Below are positions 52,482 to 62,928 of a stretch of 64,000 nucleotides of DNA, piece by piece. Position numbers and translations under genes: made by a program. This DNA comes from Gammaproteobacteria bacterium (GTDB lineage Bacteria; Pseudomonadota; Gammaproteobacteria; Eutrophobiales; Eutrophobiaceae). The stretch's first letter is position 1, and each line of letters opens with the position of its first letter. The stretch lies in NCBI GenBank assembly GCA_965238225.1, contig OZ250183.1, forward strand, positions 64,001-128,000, written 5' to 3'. Below the pieces are notes generated by a model. The model was not told the origin of the DNA and did no database searches. It saw only the letters and a list, made by a program, of their open reading frames with translations.

Positions 52482-53693
52482 ATGACTGTTTTGGTAAAAA
52501 TTGCAGATCTGAACCTCCACGGAAAGCGAGTACTGGTACGTGAGGACTATAACGTCCCGCTCAAGGATGGAGAAGTTGAGGACGATACACGTATCTACGC
52601 CAGCCTGCTAACTATCAATAAACTGCTTGATGCCGGGGCTAAAATTATGATCATGTCTCACTTAGGTCGCCCAAAGGAGGGTGAGTTTGACGAAGCATTC
52701 AGTTTGGCGCCTGTAGCAAAATGTTTATCTTCGTTGCTTGATAGGGATGTCCCGCTGCTTAGAGACTGGCTGGACGGTATTGACATGGAAAATAGAGACA
52801 TAGTGTTATGTGAGAATGTGCGCTTTGAAGTCGGAGAAAAAGCGAATAAGGAAAACATTGCCAGAAAGATGGCAAGTTTGTGTAATGTCTACGTCAATGA
52901 CGCTTTTGCCACTGCACATAGGAAACAGGCATCAACCTATGGTGTCGCTAAATACGCGCCTTGCTCTGCCGCTGGGCCACTTCTGATCGTGGAATTAAAA
53001 ACCTTATCCAAAACACTTAAAAACCCAGCCAAACCCGTGGTTGCCATTGTTGGAGGCTCCAAGGTTTCTTCCAAACTAGACGTCCTTAATTCTCTTTCAG
53101 AAAAAGTAGATCAACTGATTCTTGGTGGAGCCATAGCCACCACCTTTCTTAAAGCAACAGGATTTAATATCGGCAAATCACTTCACTCAGAAGATTTGCT
53201 TGAAGAAGCAAAAAAAATAATGGTTGCGGCAAAAGCAAATGATGTAGAGATTCCCTTGCCTGTTGATGTGGTTTGTGCAAAAGAATTCAATGGGCATGCT
53301 GATGTAAGTATCAAACGTATCGACTATATTGAAGATGACGATATGATTTTTGATGTTGGTCCAGAAACCGTTGCGAGATTCACAGACATACTAGAACAAG
53401 CTGAAACTATTATCTGGAATGGTCCGCTGGGTGTCTTTGAATTTGATCGTTTTAGTGCTGGAACACGAGCACTGGCAAAAAGTATTGCTATAAGTAATGC
53501 TTTTTCTGTTGCTGGAGGTGGAAACACTTTATCAGCCATTTCAAAATTCGGTGTATCAAATAAGATTTCTTATATCTCCACAGGGGGAGGTTCTTTTCTG
53601 AAGTTTCTTGAAGGAAAGAAATTACCTGCTGTTGCCATACTGGAAGAAGCAGCGCGGGCGTGGACAGCAATGGAAAGGGCACGCGAATATTAA
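52482..53693 (+). CDS. pgk: Phosphoglycerate kinase
   Basis: [47 protein letters not shown]. Confidence 0.95.
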   Translation: MTVLVKIADLNLHGKRVLVREDYNVPLKDGEVEDDTRIYASLLTINKLLDAGAKIMIMSHLGRPKEGEFDEAFSLAPVAKCLSSLLDRDVPLLRDWLDGIDMENRDIVLCENVRFEVGEKANKENIARKMASLCNVYVNDAFATAHRKQASTYGVAKYAPCSAAGPLLIVELKTLSKTLKNPAKPVVAIVGGSKVSSKLDVLNSLSEKVDQLILGGAIATTFLKATGFNIGKSLHSEDLLEEAKKIMVAAKANDVEIPLPVDVVCAKEFNGHADVSIKRIDYIEDDDMIFDVGPETVARFTDILEQAETIIWNGPLGVFEFDRFSAGTRALAKSIAISNAFSVAGGGNTLSAISKFGVSNKISYISTGGGSFLKFLEGKKLPAVAILEEAARAWTAMERAREY

Positions 53694-53757
53694 ACAGCTT
53701 TTTAGATTCACTTAAAGTCATGAATACATAAATCAGGAGGTTAAATCATAGTTCATA

Positions 53758-55200
53758 ATGAGAAGAACAAAAATAATAGCAACACTGGGTCCAGCAACCG
53801 ATGATCCAGAAATATTAGAAGAACTTTTTAAAACAGGTGTAGATGTATTCCGCCTTAACTACTCACACCAAACCTGTGACCACCATGAAAAAAGGCTAAA
53901 TGAGATTCGCGCCTTATCAAAAAAATATGCGAGATCCGTTGGTGTCATGGCAGATTTGCAAGGTCCAAAGATTCGTATAGAACATTTTGATGGTGGCAAG
54001 ATCCAACTTGTTAAAGGCGCAGAATTTATCATTGATACCGATCTCGACAGCAAGGCAGGTAACGAAAAACACGTTGGTGTAAGTTACAAAGATTTGCCCA
54101 AGGATGTACGTGCTGGAGACACCTTGCTAATTGATGACGGACGTATTGTCATGCACGTCAAAGAAGTTGGAGAACACAAGATTAGTTGTGAAGTTATCAC
54201 TGGTGGTGAACTCTCAGATAACAAAGGCGTTAATCTTCAAGGCGGTGGACTTTCAGCCAGCGCCTTAGCTGAAAAAGACAAATATGATTTGGAACATGCT
54301 GTGAGTATTGGTGTTGATTTTGTGGCTATATCCTTTCCGCGTTTTGCAGCCGATATTGAGCAAGCACGCGAGCTACTCACACAATCAGGCAGTAGTGCAT
54401 ACATCATCGCTAAAATAGAACGAGCTGAAGCACTCGATGATATTGAGGCGATCATAGAGGCATCTGATGCCATCATGATTGCGCGTGGCGATCTCGGTGT
54501 AGAGATAGGTGATGCCAGACTGCCACATGTACAAAAAAGATTGACCAAGATGGCTAGAGGTATGGATCGAGCTGTCATTATCGCAACACAAATGATGGAG
54601 TCCATGATTGAACACCAGATGCCGACACGTGCCGAGGTATTTGATGTTGCGAATGCTGTCATCGATGGTGCGGATGCCGTAATGCTGTCTGCGGAAACCA
54701 GTGTTGGACACTTTCCTGTCAAGGCTGTTGCCTCCATGTCCAGCATATGTGAAGAAGCGGAGAAACAAAAAAGTGTGACTGTTTCAGATCATCGTCTCAA
54801 TAGGCACTTTGAAACAATTGGCGAAGCCGTTGCCATGTCTACTATGTATGCGGCAAATCATATTGGCGCAAAAGCCATCGCCGCACTCACAGAAACAGGC
54901 AGCACCTGTTTACGGATGTCACGTATAAAATCAGGCATACCTATTTTCGCATTCACACGTCATGAGTCTACCCGCAGAAAGGTCTCTTTGTATCGCGGTG
55001 TTTATCCTATGAAATTTGATATCACTCACGCCGATCCGCTGAAAGCTGATAAAGAAATTATTGACGCGCTGCTGATAAATCATATCGTAAAAAATAATGA
55101 TTACATCATTATCACTAAAGGGGATCTGATAGGGACTCGAGGCGGAACAAACAACATGAAGCTTATTCGCGTTGGTGAAGCTACAGAGCATACTGTCTAA
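53758..55200 (+). CDS. pyk: Pyruvate kinase
   Basis: RRTKIIATLGP, DLQGPKIR, IAKIE, MIARGDLG, ATQMMESM, DAVMLSAET. Confidence 0.98.
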   Translation: MRRTKIIATLGPATDDPEILEELFKTGVDVFRLNYSHQTCDHHEKRLNEIRALSKKYARSVGVMADLQGPKIRIEHFDGGKIQLVKGAEFIIDTDLDSKAGNEKHVGVSYKDLPKDVRAGDTLLIDDGRIVMHVKEVGEHKISCEVITGGELSDNKGVNLQGGGLSASALAEKDKYDLEHAVSIGVDFVAISFPRFAADIEQARELLTQSGSSAYIIAKIERAEALDDIEAIIEASDAIMIARGDLGVEIGDARLPHVQKRLTKMARGMDRAVIIATQMMESMIEHQMPTRAEVFDVANAVIDGADAVMLSAETSVGHFPVKAVASMSSICEEAEKQKSVTVSDHRLNRHFETIGEAVAMSTMYAANHIGAKAIAALTETGSTCLRMSRIKSGIPIFAFTRHESTRRKVSLYRGVYPMKFDITHADPLKADKEIIDALLINHIVKNNDYIIITKGDLIGTRGGTNNMKLIRVGEATEHTV

Positions 55201-55234
55201 TCATAGACTAACTGGCGTAGAAAATATCTCAATA

Positions 55235-55268
55235 GCATTAAACATCGCATTAAACATCGCATTAAACA
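55235..55268. repeat. 12-bp tandem repeat (about 2.8 copies) upstream of the Sel1 gene
   Basis: GCATTAAACATC GCATTAAACATC GCATTAAACA. Confidence 0.9.
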
Positions 55269-55310
55269 AAAAAATTTGAGCAAGATATTATAAAGCAGGA
55301 AGACAATAAA

Positions 55311-57566
55311 ATGATAAAGCCCAGGAAAAAACTCATCTTCATCTACATTGTTTTATTGTCAGCATTTATCCCCTTGGCAAATGCTGGCGAATGTACAGGA
55401 GGCGTGCCTCAAGAATAAACAAGCACATGGATGAAAAAGCGCCAACAAGGAATGCAGAAGCACAATTCAACCTAGGGGTGATGTATGAAGCTGGTAACGG
55501 CGTGCCTCAAGATGATAAACAAGCAGTGCATTATTACGAACAAGCAGCCAAGCAAGGAGATGCTAAGGCACAATTCAATCTAGGGCTGATGTATGCCGAA
55601 GGACAAGGCGTGTCTCAGGATTATAAACAAGCAGTGCATTGGTCGGAAAAGCAGCCAAGCAAGGAATGCTAAAGCACAATACAACCTAGGGCTGATGTAT
55701 GAGACAGGAAAAGGCGTGTCTCAGGATTATAAACAAGCAGTGCATTGGTATGAAAAAGCAGGCAGGGATGCTAAAGCACAATTCAACCTAGTGATGTATA
55801 AGCTGGTAACGGCGTGCCTCAGATTATAAACAAGCATACATGGTATGAAAAAGCAGCCAAGCAAGGAAGCAGCACACAATCTAGGGCTGATGTATGCCGA
55901 ATGGATATGGCGTGTCTCAGGATAGCATTATTACGAACAAGCAGCCAAGCAGGGAGAAGCACAATACAATCTAGGGCTGATGTATGAGAAGGAAAGGCGT
56001 GCCTCAGGATTATAAACAAGCAGTGCATTGGTGGGAAAAAGCAGCCAAGCAGGGAATAGCAAAAGCACAATACAATCTAGGGCTGATGTATGCCAATGGA
56101 TAACGGCGTGCCTCAAGATTATAAACAAGCAGTGCATTGGTGGGGAAAAAGCAGCCAAGCAGGGATTTGCTCAAGCACAATTCAATCTAGGGCTGATGTA
56201 TGACAGAAGGAAAGGCGTGCCTCAGGATGATAAACAAGCAGTGCATTGGTATGAAAAAGCAGCCAAACAGGGAATAGCTCAAGCACAATCCAACCTAGGG
56301 GTGATGTATGAAGCTGGTAACGGCGTGCCTCAAGATGATAAACAAGCAGTGCATTGGTCGGAAAAAGCAGCCAAGCAGGGAATAGCTAAAGCACAATCCA
56401 ACCTAGGGGTGATGTATGAAGCTGGTAACGGCGTGCCTCAGGATTATAAACAAGCAGTGCATTGGTGCGAAAAAGCAGCCAAGCAAGGACATGCAGAAGC
56501 ACAATTCAACCTAGGGGTGATGTATGAAGCTGGAACGGCGTGTCTCAAGATTATAAACAAGCTTTTGCATGGTATGAAAAAGCAGCCAAGCAGGGAGATG
56601 CTAAAGCACAATTCAACCTAGGGGTGATGTATACAAAGGGAAAGGCGTGCCTCAAGATGATAAACAAGCAGTGCATTGGTATGAAAAAGCAGCCAAGCAG
56701 GGATATGCTAAAGCACAATTCAACCTAGGGCTGATGTATAAAAATGGATACGGCGTGCCTCAAGATTATAAACAAGCAGTGCATTGGTCGGAAAAAGCAG
56801 CCAAGCAAGGAGATGCTAAAGCACAATACAATCTAGGGCTGATGTATGCCGAAGGAAAAGGCGTGTCTCAGGATTATAAACAAGCAGTGCATTGGTACGA
56901 AAAAGCAGCCAAGCAAGGGTTTGCTCAAGCACAATACAATCTAGGGCTGATGTATGAAGCTGGTAACGGCGTGCCTCAAGATTATAAACAAGCAGTGCAT
57001 TGGTACGGAAAAAGCAGCCAAGCAGGGAATGCTCAAGCACAATACAACCTAGGGCTGATGTATGAGAAAGGAGACGGCGTGCCTCAGGATGATAAACAAG
57101 CAGTGCATTGGTATGAAAAAGCAGCCAAGCAAGGAGATGCTGAAGCACAATCCAACCTAGGGGTGATGTATTACAAAGGGAAAGGCGTGCCTCAAGATGA
57201 TAAACAAGCAGTGCATTGGTCGGAAAAAGCAGCCAAGCAAGGAATAGCTAAAGCACAATCCAACCTAGGGGTGATGTATAAGACAGGAAAAGGCGTGCCT
57301 CAAGATGATAAACAAGCAGTGCATTGGTATGAAAAAGCAGCCAAGCAGGGAATAGCAGAAGCACAATCCAATCTAGGGGTGATGTATAGGAAGGAAAAGG
57401 CGTGCCTCAGGATATTGTCATGGCACATATGTTTTTTAATCTTGCAGGGGCAAATGGCCTAGAACAAGCAAAAGCGGAAAGAGACAATGTTGCCAAAGCT
57501 ATGAGCACCTCTCAAATAGAACAGGCAACAGACAAGGCAATACAGTGGGTGCAGGAGCACCAATAA
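55311..57566 (+). pseudogene. Secreted Sel1-like repeat protein (about 19-20 repeats), frameshifted in this assembly
   Basis: Signal peptide MIKPRKKLIFIYIVLLSAFIPLANA; 36-aa units G-x-A-x-AQ-x-NLG-x-MY-xxGx-GV-x-QD-x-KQAVHW-x-EKAAKQ; C-cap QDIVMAHMFFNLAGANG..AMSTSQIEQA with stop at 57566; many small indels. Confidence 0.9.
55390..57412 (+). repeat. Tandem array of near-identical 108-bp units
   Basis: 19 occurrences of the ..TGATGTAT.. anchor at roughly 108-bp spacing, with shared blocks AAACAAGCAGTGCATTGG, GAAAAAGCAGCCAAGCA and AAGCACAAT; several units in the 5' half carry deletions. Confidence 0.95.
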
Positions 57567-57636
57567 GCAAAGACTGGAAAAAAAGAAAGGCAATGGATTG
57601 TGCAATTAAATTATTTTTTAGCATAGAGGTTAAATT

Positions 57637-58641
57637 ATGAGTATAGAAGAACTGGAGCAAACAGCTAAGGCGATGGTTGCCACAGGCAAGGGTATTCTTG
57701 CAATTGACGAGAGTTTCCCAACCATCAAAAAACGTTTAGACAGCATTAACACTGAATCTACAGAGGCTTCGCGTAGAGCCTATCGTGATCTTTTAATCAC
57801 CAATTCAGGCAGCAATAAATATATCAGCGGCATGATCTTGTTTGATGAGACTATAAGACAATCCACTACAGACGGGACACCTTTTGCAGAAGCCTTGAAT
57901 AAACAGGGCATTATGACAGGAATAAAGGTTGATACAGGTGCCAAAGACCTTGCTGGTCATCCTAGTGAAAAAATCACCGAAGGCCTAGACGGTTTGCGTG
58001 AGCGTTTGGCTGAATATAAAAAACTGGGTGCTAAATTCGCTAAATGGCGTGCCGTTATTACTATTGGTGAAGGCATCCCCAGCTTGAGTTGTATTGAAAC
58101 CAATGTGCATGCCCTAGCACGCTATGCTGCTCTTTGTCAGGAAGCAGGCATTGTGCCTATGGTCGAACCAGAGGTGTTAATGGACGGAGACCATAGTATT
58201 GAGCTTTGTTATGAAGTCACGGAAGCAACACTGCAAGCATTATTTAATGAGCTGTATAAACAAATCATCTCTCTGGAACACACTATCTTGAAGGTCAACA
58301 TGGTAGTTTCAGGTAAAAACTGTACCACTCAGGCTGATGTCGATGAGGTTGCTGAACTGACTGTCAACTGTTTGTTGAATACAGTACCTGCGGCCTTGTC
58401 TGGTATCGTTTTTCTTTCTGGTGGTCAATCGGCTGAAAAGGCAACAGAGCACCTAAATGCAATGAACGCAGCTTATGATTTATTGCCTTGGCCGCTGAGT
58501 TTTTCATATGGACGCGCACTACAGGCACCCTGTTTGGCGGCTTGGCAAGGTAAAGAAGAAAATGTTGCAAAAGCGCAGGAGATTTTACTACACAGAGAAA
58601 AATGTAACAGCGAAGCATCAGTAGGTAGATATGATGCTTAA
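57637..58641 (+). CDS. fba: Class I (Schiff-base, eukaryote-type) fructose-bisphosphate aldolase
   Basis: GKGILAIDES, ILFDET, KWRAV, VPMVEPEV, FLSGGQS, SFSYGRALQ. Confidence 0.95.
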   Translation: MSIEELEQTAKAMVATGKGILAIDESFPTIKKRLDSINTESTEASRRAYRDLLITNSGSNKYISGMILFDETIRQSTTDGTPFAEALNKQGIMTGIKVDTGAKDLAGHPSEKITEGLDGLRERLAEYKKLGAKFAKWRAVITIGEGIPSLSCIETNVHALARYAALCQEAGIVPMVEPEVLMDGDHSIELCYEVTEATLQALFNELYKQIISLEHTILKVNMVVSGKNCTTQADVDEVAELTVNCLLNTVPAALSGIVFLSGGQSAEKATEHLNAMNAAYDLLPWPLSFSYGRALQAPCLAAWQGKEENVAKAQEILLHREKCNSEASVGRYDA

Positions 58642-58804
58642 GAATGGTGCGCCATGATCAATAAAATATCTGGTATAAACAATAAGGATGAACTTCCTTG
58701 CCATCGCATAGACGGCATGGGAGGCTTACATGCGTATGCGCAAGACAAAGAATACTATCAAACATACCGCCTAAACATACCCATTAAAATATAGGAGAGA
58801 AATT

Positions 58805-59086
58805 ATGACTAAAGCACAAGCCAGACATATCCTCGTCGAGCACGAAGAAAAATGTAACGATCTAAAACAGCAGATAGAAAATGGCGCAGACTTTGCTGAT
58901 ATCGCCAAAGAAAACTCTAGCTGCCCTTCAGGAAAAACCGGTGGAGACCTAGGTGAATTTAGCCCTGGTCAGATGGTTAAGGAATTTGACGATGTTGTAT
59001 TCAGTGCTGAGATAGGCGTTGTTCATGGACCCGTTAAAACTCAGTTTGGATATCATCTTCTGGAAATCACCAACCGTACTGATTGA
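58805..59086 (+). CDS. ppiC: Parvulin peptidyl-prolyl isomerase
   Basis: ARHILV, SSCPSG..GGDLG, MVKEFD, PVKTQFGYH. Confidence 0.96.
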   Translation: MTKAQARHILVEHEEKCNDLKQQIENGADFADIAKENSSCPSGKTGGDLGEFSPGQMVKEFDDVVFSAEIGVVHGPVKTQFGYHLLEITNRTD

Positions 59087-59184
59087 TGACGCAATAAGAA
59101 TGGATATAACAAAGACAAAGTGATGCAGTAACCAGTGGGGTTAGCATTCTCCAGTGCTAGGCAAATATTCACCTACGCCTTTAC

Positions 59185-59300
59185 TTACAGCTTGTTAATT
59201 AATTTTTGGCGTTGAGTAGCATCTTGCAGTAAGTCTTTGACCTCTTTTGCCTTATCAACAACCTGCGTCTGTTCCTTCCAGACAGGATCACTTTTGCATA
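59185..59300 (-). pseudogene. Possible 3' remnant of a small coiled-coil protein gene
   Basis: A start-less frame reads KSDPVWKEQTQVVDKAKEVKDLLQDATQRQKLINKL, which looks amphipathic and helical. Confidence 0.25.
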
Positions 59301-59351
59301 ATTTATTTATCTCTCCTGCTTATCTCTTTGCCATGACAATTAAGTAATTTA

Positions 59352-59990
59352 TTATAAGCGCATAGACGAAAAAGAGCCGTCTTCTTGTTGCAGTTTTGAT
59401 AAAACACCCTTTTCAATTTCAAAATACCAGCCATGAACTTCAAGTTCCCCAGCATCTACACGTGACTTAACCCATGGAAATGACAATAAATTTTTTACCG
59501 ACACCCCTATACCAGCCTGCTCACACATCTGACATTGTTCTGCAAATGATTTCTCGGGATGATTTTCAAGAATCTTATTGCGCAAGGGCATCACGGTGCT
59601 CATCCACGGGTAAACAAAACTATCATCTCCCAAACCCATACCACCTTCCATCAAGATTTTAATACCGCCACACTGCCCATGACCAAAGACGATGATATGT
59701 TTAACTTTGAGATGTTTAACGCCGTATTCGATTGCGGCACTGGTGCTGTGGGATTTGCCATCATCTTCAAAGGGGGGGACTATATTAGCCACATTACGTG
59801 CCACAAAGATGTCTCCCGGACTGGTATTAAAGACTTGAGCAGGGTGTACGCGGGAATCACAGCAGGCAATTACCAGTGTTTTTGGTGTTTGACCTCTGTG
59901 AGCCAGTTCCTCGTACAACTCCGGTTCTGCAATGTAATACCGCTGCTTAAAATTCTTAAAACCTTCAATCAGTTTATCTAGGGGATCCAC
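59352..59990 (-). CDS. Beta-class carbonic anhydrase
   Basis: GQTP, IACCDSRV, FVARNVAN, AAIEYGV, GHGQCGG. Confidence 0.95.
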   Translation of the reverse strand: MDPLDKLIEGFKNFKQRYYIAEPELYEELAHRGQTPKTLVIACCDSRVHPAQVFNTSPGDIFVARNVANIVPPFEDDGKSHSTSAAIEYGVKHLKVKHIIVFGHGQCGGIKILMEGGMGLGDDSFVYPWMSTVMPLRNKILENHPEKSFAEQCQMCEQAGIGVSVKNLLSFPWVKSRVDAGELEVHGWYFEIEKGVLSKLQQEDGSFSSMRL

Positions 59991-60006
59991 TCATTAACTC
60001 CTCGCG

Positions 60007-60888
60007 CTAACTCATTAGTAAATACATAGCTTCTTGATATTTATCGCCCGTTCGCTGAATGACTTCTTTTGGCAAACTTGGACCTGGGTCAGTTTTATCC
60101 CAGTCCAACGTTTCCAGATAATTCCTGACATATTGCTTGTCAAAACTTGGCGGGCTTACGCCCACTTGATAAGAGCCAACAGGCCAAAACCGTGATGAAT
60201 CCGGTGTCAATATCTCATCAATCAAAACCAACATGCCACTATCATCAATACCAAATTCAAATTTGGTATCAGCAATAATAATCCCCCGTTCTAGGGCATA
60301 GGCTGCTGCCTCCTGATATAGCTTGATACTGACATCTCGCACCTGCCGAGCCAGATCCTGACCCAATAGATTCGCCATTTTTGCAAAACTGATATTCTCA
60401 TCATGACCACCAACATCAGCTTTGGTCGAGGGAGTAAAAATAGCCTGCGGAAGTTTCTGTGCCTGTTGCAGTTTTTCAGGTAGAGATATTCCGCATAGCG
60501 TGCCGCTTCTTTGGTAGTCATTCCATCCAGATCCTATCAGATAACCACGAACTATGGCTTCGATTGGCAAAGGCTTCAACTTGCGCACAACAATACCGCG
60601 ACCTTCGATCATTTTACGTTCTTTTGGGTCTGGCAATACATCATCCAGCGTTTTTTCAGTCAGGTGATTAGTAATAATGTGTTGCATCTTATCGAACCAG
60701 AAATTTGATATGCTAGTCAGGATTATGCCTTTACTAGGAATCGCATCAGGTAAAATCACATCAAAAGCAGACAATCGATCTGTTGTCACAATCAACATAT
60801 GCTCTTCGTCAACAGCGTAGATATCACGTACCTTGCCTTGATTCAGAAAGGGCAAACTTTTGATGTCAGTTTGATGTAAAGCAATCAT
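60007..60888 (-). CDS. purC: SAICAR synthetase
   Basis: GKVRDIY, TDRLSAFD, FTPSTKA, IADTKFEFG, DEILTPDSSRFW. Confidence 0.97.
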   Translation of the reverse strand: MIALHQTDIKSLPFLNQGKVRDIYAVDEEHMLIVTTDRLSAFDVILPDAIPSKGIILTSISNFWFDKMQHIITNHLTEKTLDDVLPDPKERKMIEGRGIVVRKLKPLPIEAIVRGYLIGSGWNDYQRSGTLCGISLPEKLQQAQKLPQAIFTPSTKADVGGHDENISFAKMANLLGQDLARQVRDVSIKLYQEAAAYALERGIIIADTKFEFGIDDSGMLVLIDEILTPDSSRFWPVGSYQVGVSPPSFDKQYVRNYLETLDWDKTDPGPSLPKEVIQRTGDKYQEAMYLLMS

Positions 60889-60954
60889 AAAACTATTTAT
60901 CCGTTAAATTTTTTTATACTATAATTAAAAAAACAGATAGGGTTTTATCTTTGT

Positions 60955-62658
60955 CTAAAGTTTCTTGACCCAAGAATCTCTCAAAGAGATCGTCCTGTTG
61001 AATACAAGTTTATCTGCGCTAGAATCTTTTATATCTACATTAAAATACCCCAAGCGCTCAAATTGAAATTTGTCGCCTGCCTTTGCCAGAGCAAGGCTTG
61101 GCTCTAATTTGGCATTACTAATAATTTCTATAGAATCTGGATTCAGGAATTCTTTCCAGTCTTTTTCATGTTGATTACTGTCTGGTTTAGGATCATTAAA
61201 TAAACGATCGTAGATGCGCACTTCTGCATCAAGTGCGTGTTCTTCTGAAACCCAATGAATCGTACCTTTGACCTTGCGACCATCCGCGGCATGACCACCT
61301 TTGGTTTCTGGATCATAAGTACAATGTAATTCAATAATTTCATCATTCTCATCTTTAATAAAATTATTACAGGTGATGAAATATGCATAACGCAAACGTA
61401 CTTCCACACCTAGACTAAGACGGAAAAATTTCTTTGCTGGCTCTTCCATAAAATCATCGCGCTCTATATAGATGACTCTTGAGAATGGAATCTTGCGACT
61501 GCCCATATCCGAATCATTAGGATGATACGGCGCATCTAGCTCTTCAATTTGATTTTCAGGCTGACCTTCGATCTCGGGGTAATTTTCAATCACCACGCGC
61601 AAGGGATTAAGCACAGCCATGACTCTTGGCGTTGTCTTATCAAGATCTGCGCGCACACAATTTTCCAATACCGACATATCTAAAATGGTGTCATTCTTGG
61701 TCACGCCTATACGATCACAAAAATCTCTAATGGCCGTCGCTGTATAACCTCGTCTACGCATTCCGGCAATGGTTAACATGCGAGGATCATCCCAACCTTC
61801 AACATAACCATTTGCCACCAATTCATTTAATTTACGTTTGCTGGTCACGTTATAGTTAAGATTAAGACGTGAAAATTCTATCTGTTGTGGATGACAAGGA
61901 ACGTCTAATTGTTCTAAAAACCAATCGTATAGAGGACGATGATCTTCAAACTCCAAGGTACATAGCGAATGTGTAATACCTTCTATGGCATCAGAAATAC
62001 CATGAGTAAAATCGTACATAGGGTAAATACACCACTTATCTCCTATACGATAATGGTGAAACCGCTTGATCCTATAGATGGTCGGATCACGCAGATTTAT
62101 ATTCGGTGAAGCCATATCAATCTTTGCGCGTAATATGTACTTGCCATCTTCAAATTCACCAGCACGCATGCTCTCAAACAATTCAAGATTTTCTTCAACA
62201 GCACGACTACGATCTGGGCTATCTTTGCCAGGACTTGTCAGTGTGCCTCGATATTCACGGACGGCATCAGGACTCAAACTCTCGACATACGCCTTGCCAG
62301 CATTAATCAGAAATACAGCATAATCATAAAGCTGCTGATAATAGTCAGAGGCAAAAAACAATCTGTCCTGCCAATCAAAACCTAACCAATGAATGTCTTC
62401 TTTGATGGCTTCTACATATTCGAGTGATTCTTTTTCAGGATTAGAATCATCAAAACGTAAATTACACATGCCGCCATTGTGCTCATCGGCAATATCAAAA
62501 TTCAGGCAAATAGATTTAACATGACCAATATGCAAATAACCATTTGGTTCAGGGGGGAAACGTGTGTGCACACGACCGCCATTTTTGTTTTCTTTCAAAT
62601 CATTCGCGATCATATTGCGAATGAAATTTGTGGGTAATATTTTTTCTACACCAGTCAT
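60955..62658 (-). CDS. glnS: Glutamine--tRNA ligase
   Basis: [53 protein letters not shown]. Confidence 0.98.
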   Translation of the reverse strand: MTGVEKILPTNFIRNMIANDLKENKNGGRVHTRFPPEPNGYLHIGHVKSICLNFDIADEHNGGMCNLRFDDSNPEKESLEYVEAIKEDIHWLGFDWQDRLFFASDYYQQLYDYAVFLINAGKAYVESLSPDAVREYRGTLTSPGKDSPDRSRAVEENLELFESMRAGEFEDGKYILRAKIDMASPNINLRDPTIYRIKRFHHYRIGDKWCIYPMYDFTHGISDAIEGITHSLCTLEFEDHRPLYDWFLEQLDVPCHPQQIEFSRLNLNYNVTSKRKLNELVANGYVEGWDDPRMLTIAGMRRRGYTATAIRDFCDRIGVTKNDTILDMSVLENCVRADLDKTTPRVMAVLNPLRVVIENYPEIEGQPENQIEELDAPYHPNDSDMGSRKIPFSRVIYIERDDFMEEPAKKFFRLSLGVEVRLRYAYFITCNNFIKDENDEIIELHCTYDPETKGGHAADGRKVKGTIHWVSEEHALDAEVRIYDRLFNDPKPDSNQHEKDWKEFLNPDSIEIISNAKLEPSLALAKAGDKFQFERLGYFNVDIKDSSADKLVFNRTISLRDSWVKKL

Positions 62659-62674
62659 ACATCATTCCCTAACG

Positions 62675-62813
62675 TTATTCTTTAATTTGCAGCTGTGCCA
62701 CTGAAAATTTAGTTTTTTGGGCTGCCTGTTCAAGCAGATAGACCAAGTTCAACGCGTGCCCACTGTAAAGTTTGAGGGCAAACGGGGGTAAATTTTTTGG
62801 TTTTATCATTCAT
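62675..62813 (-). pseudogene. Fragment of an XRE-family helix-turn-helix gene (ImmA/IrrE-fusion-like N-terminus)
   Basis: MNDKTKKFTPVCPQTLQWARVELGLS then, after a frameshift, LEQAAQKTKFSVAQLQ. Confidence 0.5.
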
Positions 62814-62928
62814 ACATAAATTTTATCATTAAATTTCGCTCAAATTTTTATACAGTTGATTTTTATCATTACCGTATGTGTAATATTACCGTTTGGATTA
62901 AATATGTGATATTCCTAATTTTATATAA

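Noticed and set aside
55213-55228. TGGCGTAGAAAAT resembling the pilin sigma-54 promoter
   Set aside because: Lacks the -12 GC dinucleotide
55819-57148. Minus-strand repetitive ORFs over the Sel1 array
   Set aside because: Antisense shadows of the repeat; no independent coding signal
55390-57412. CRISPR array or diversity-generating retroelement
   Set aside because: The units are codon-phased Sel1 repeats with no unique spacers. Alleles recur as blocks rather than as random adenine changes. No cas or reverse transcriptase gene is in the window.
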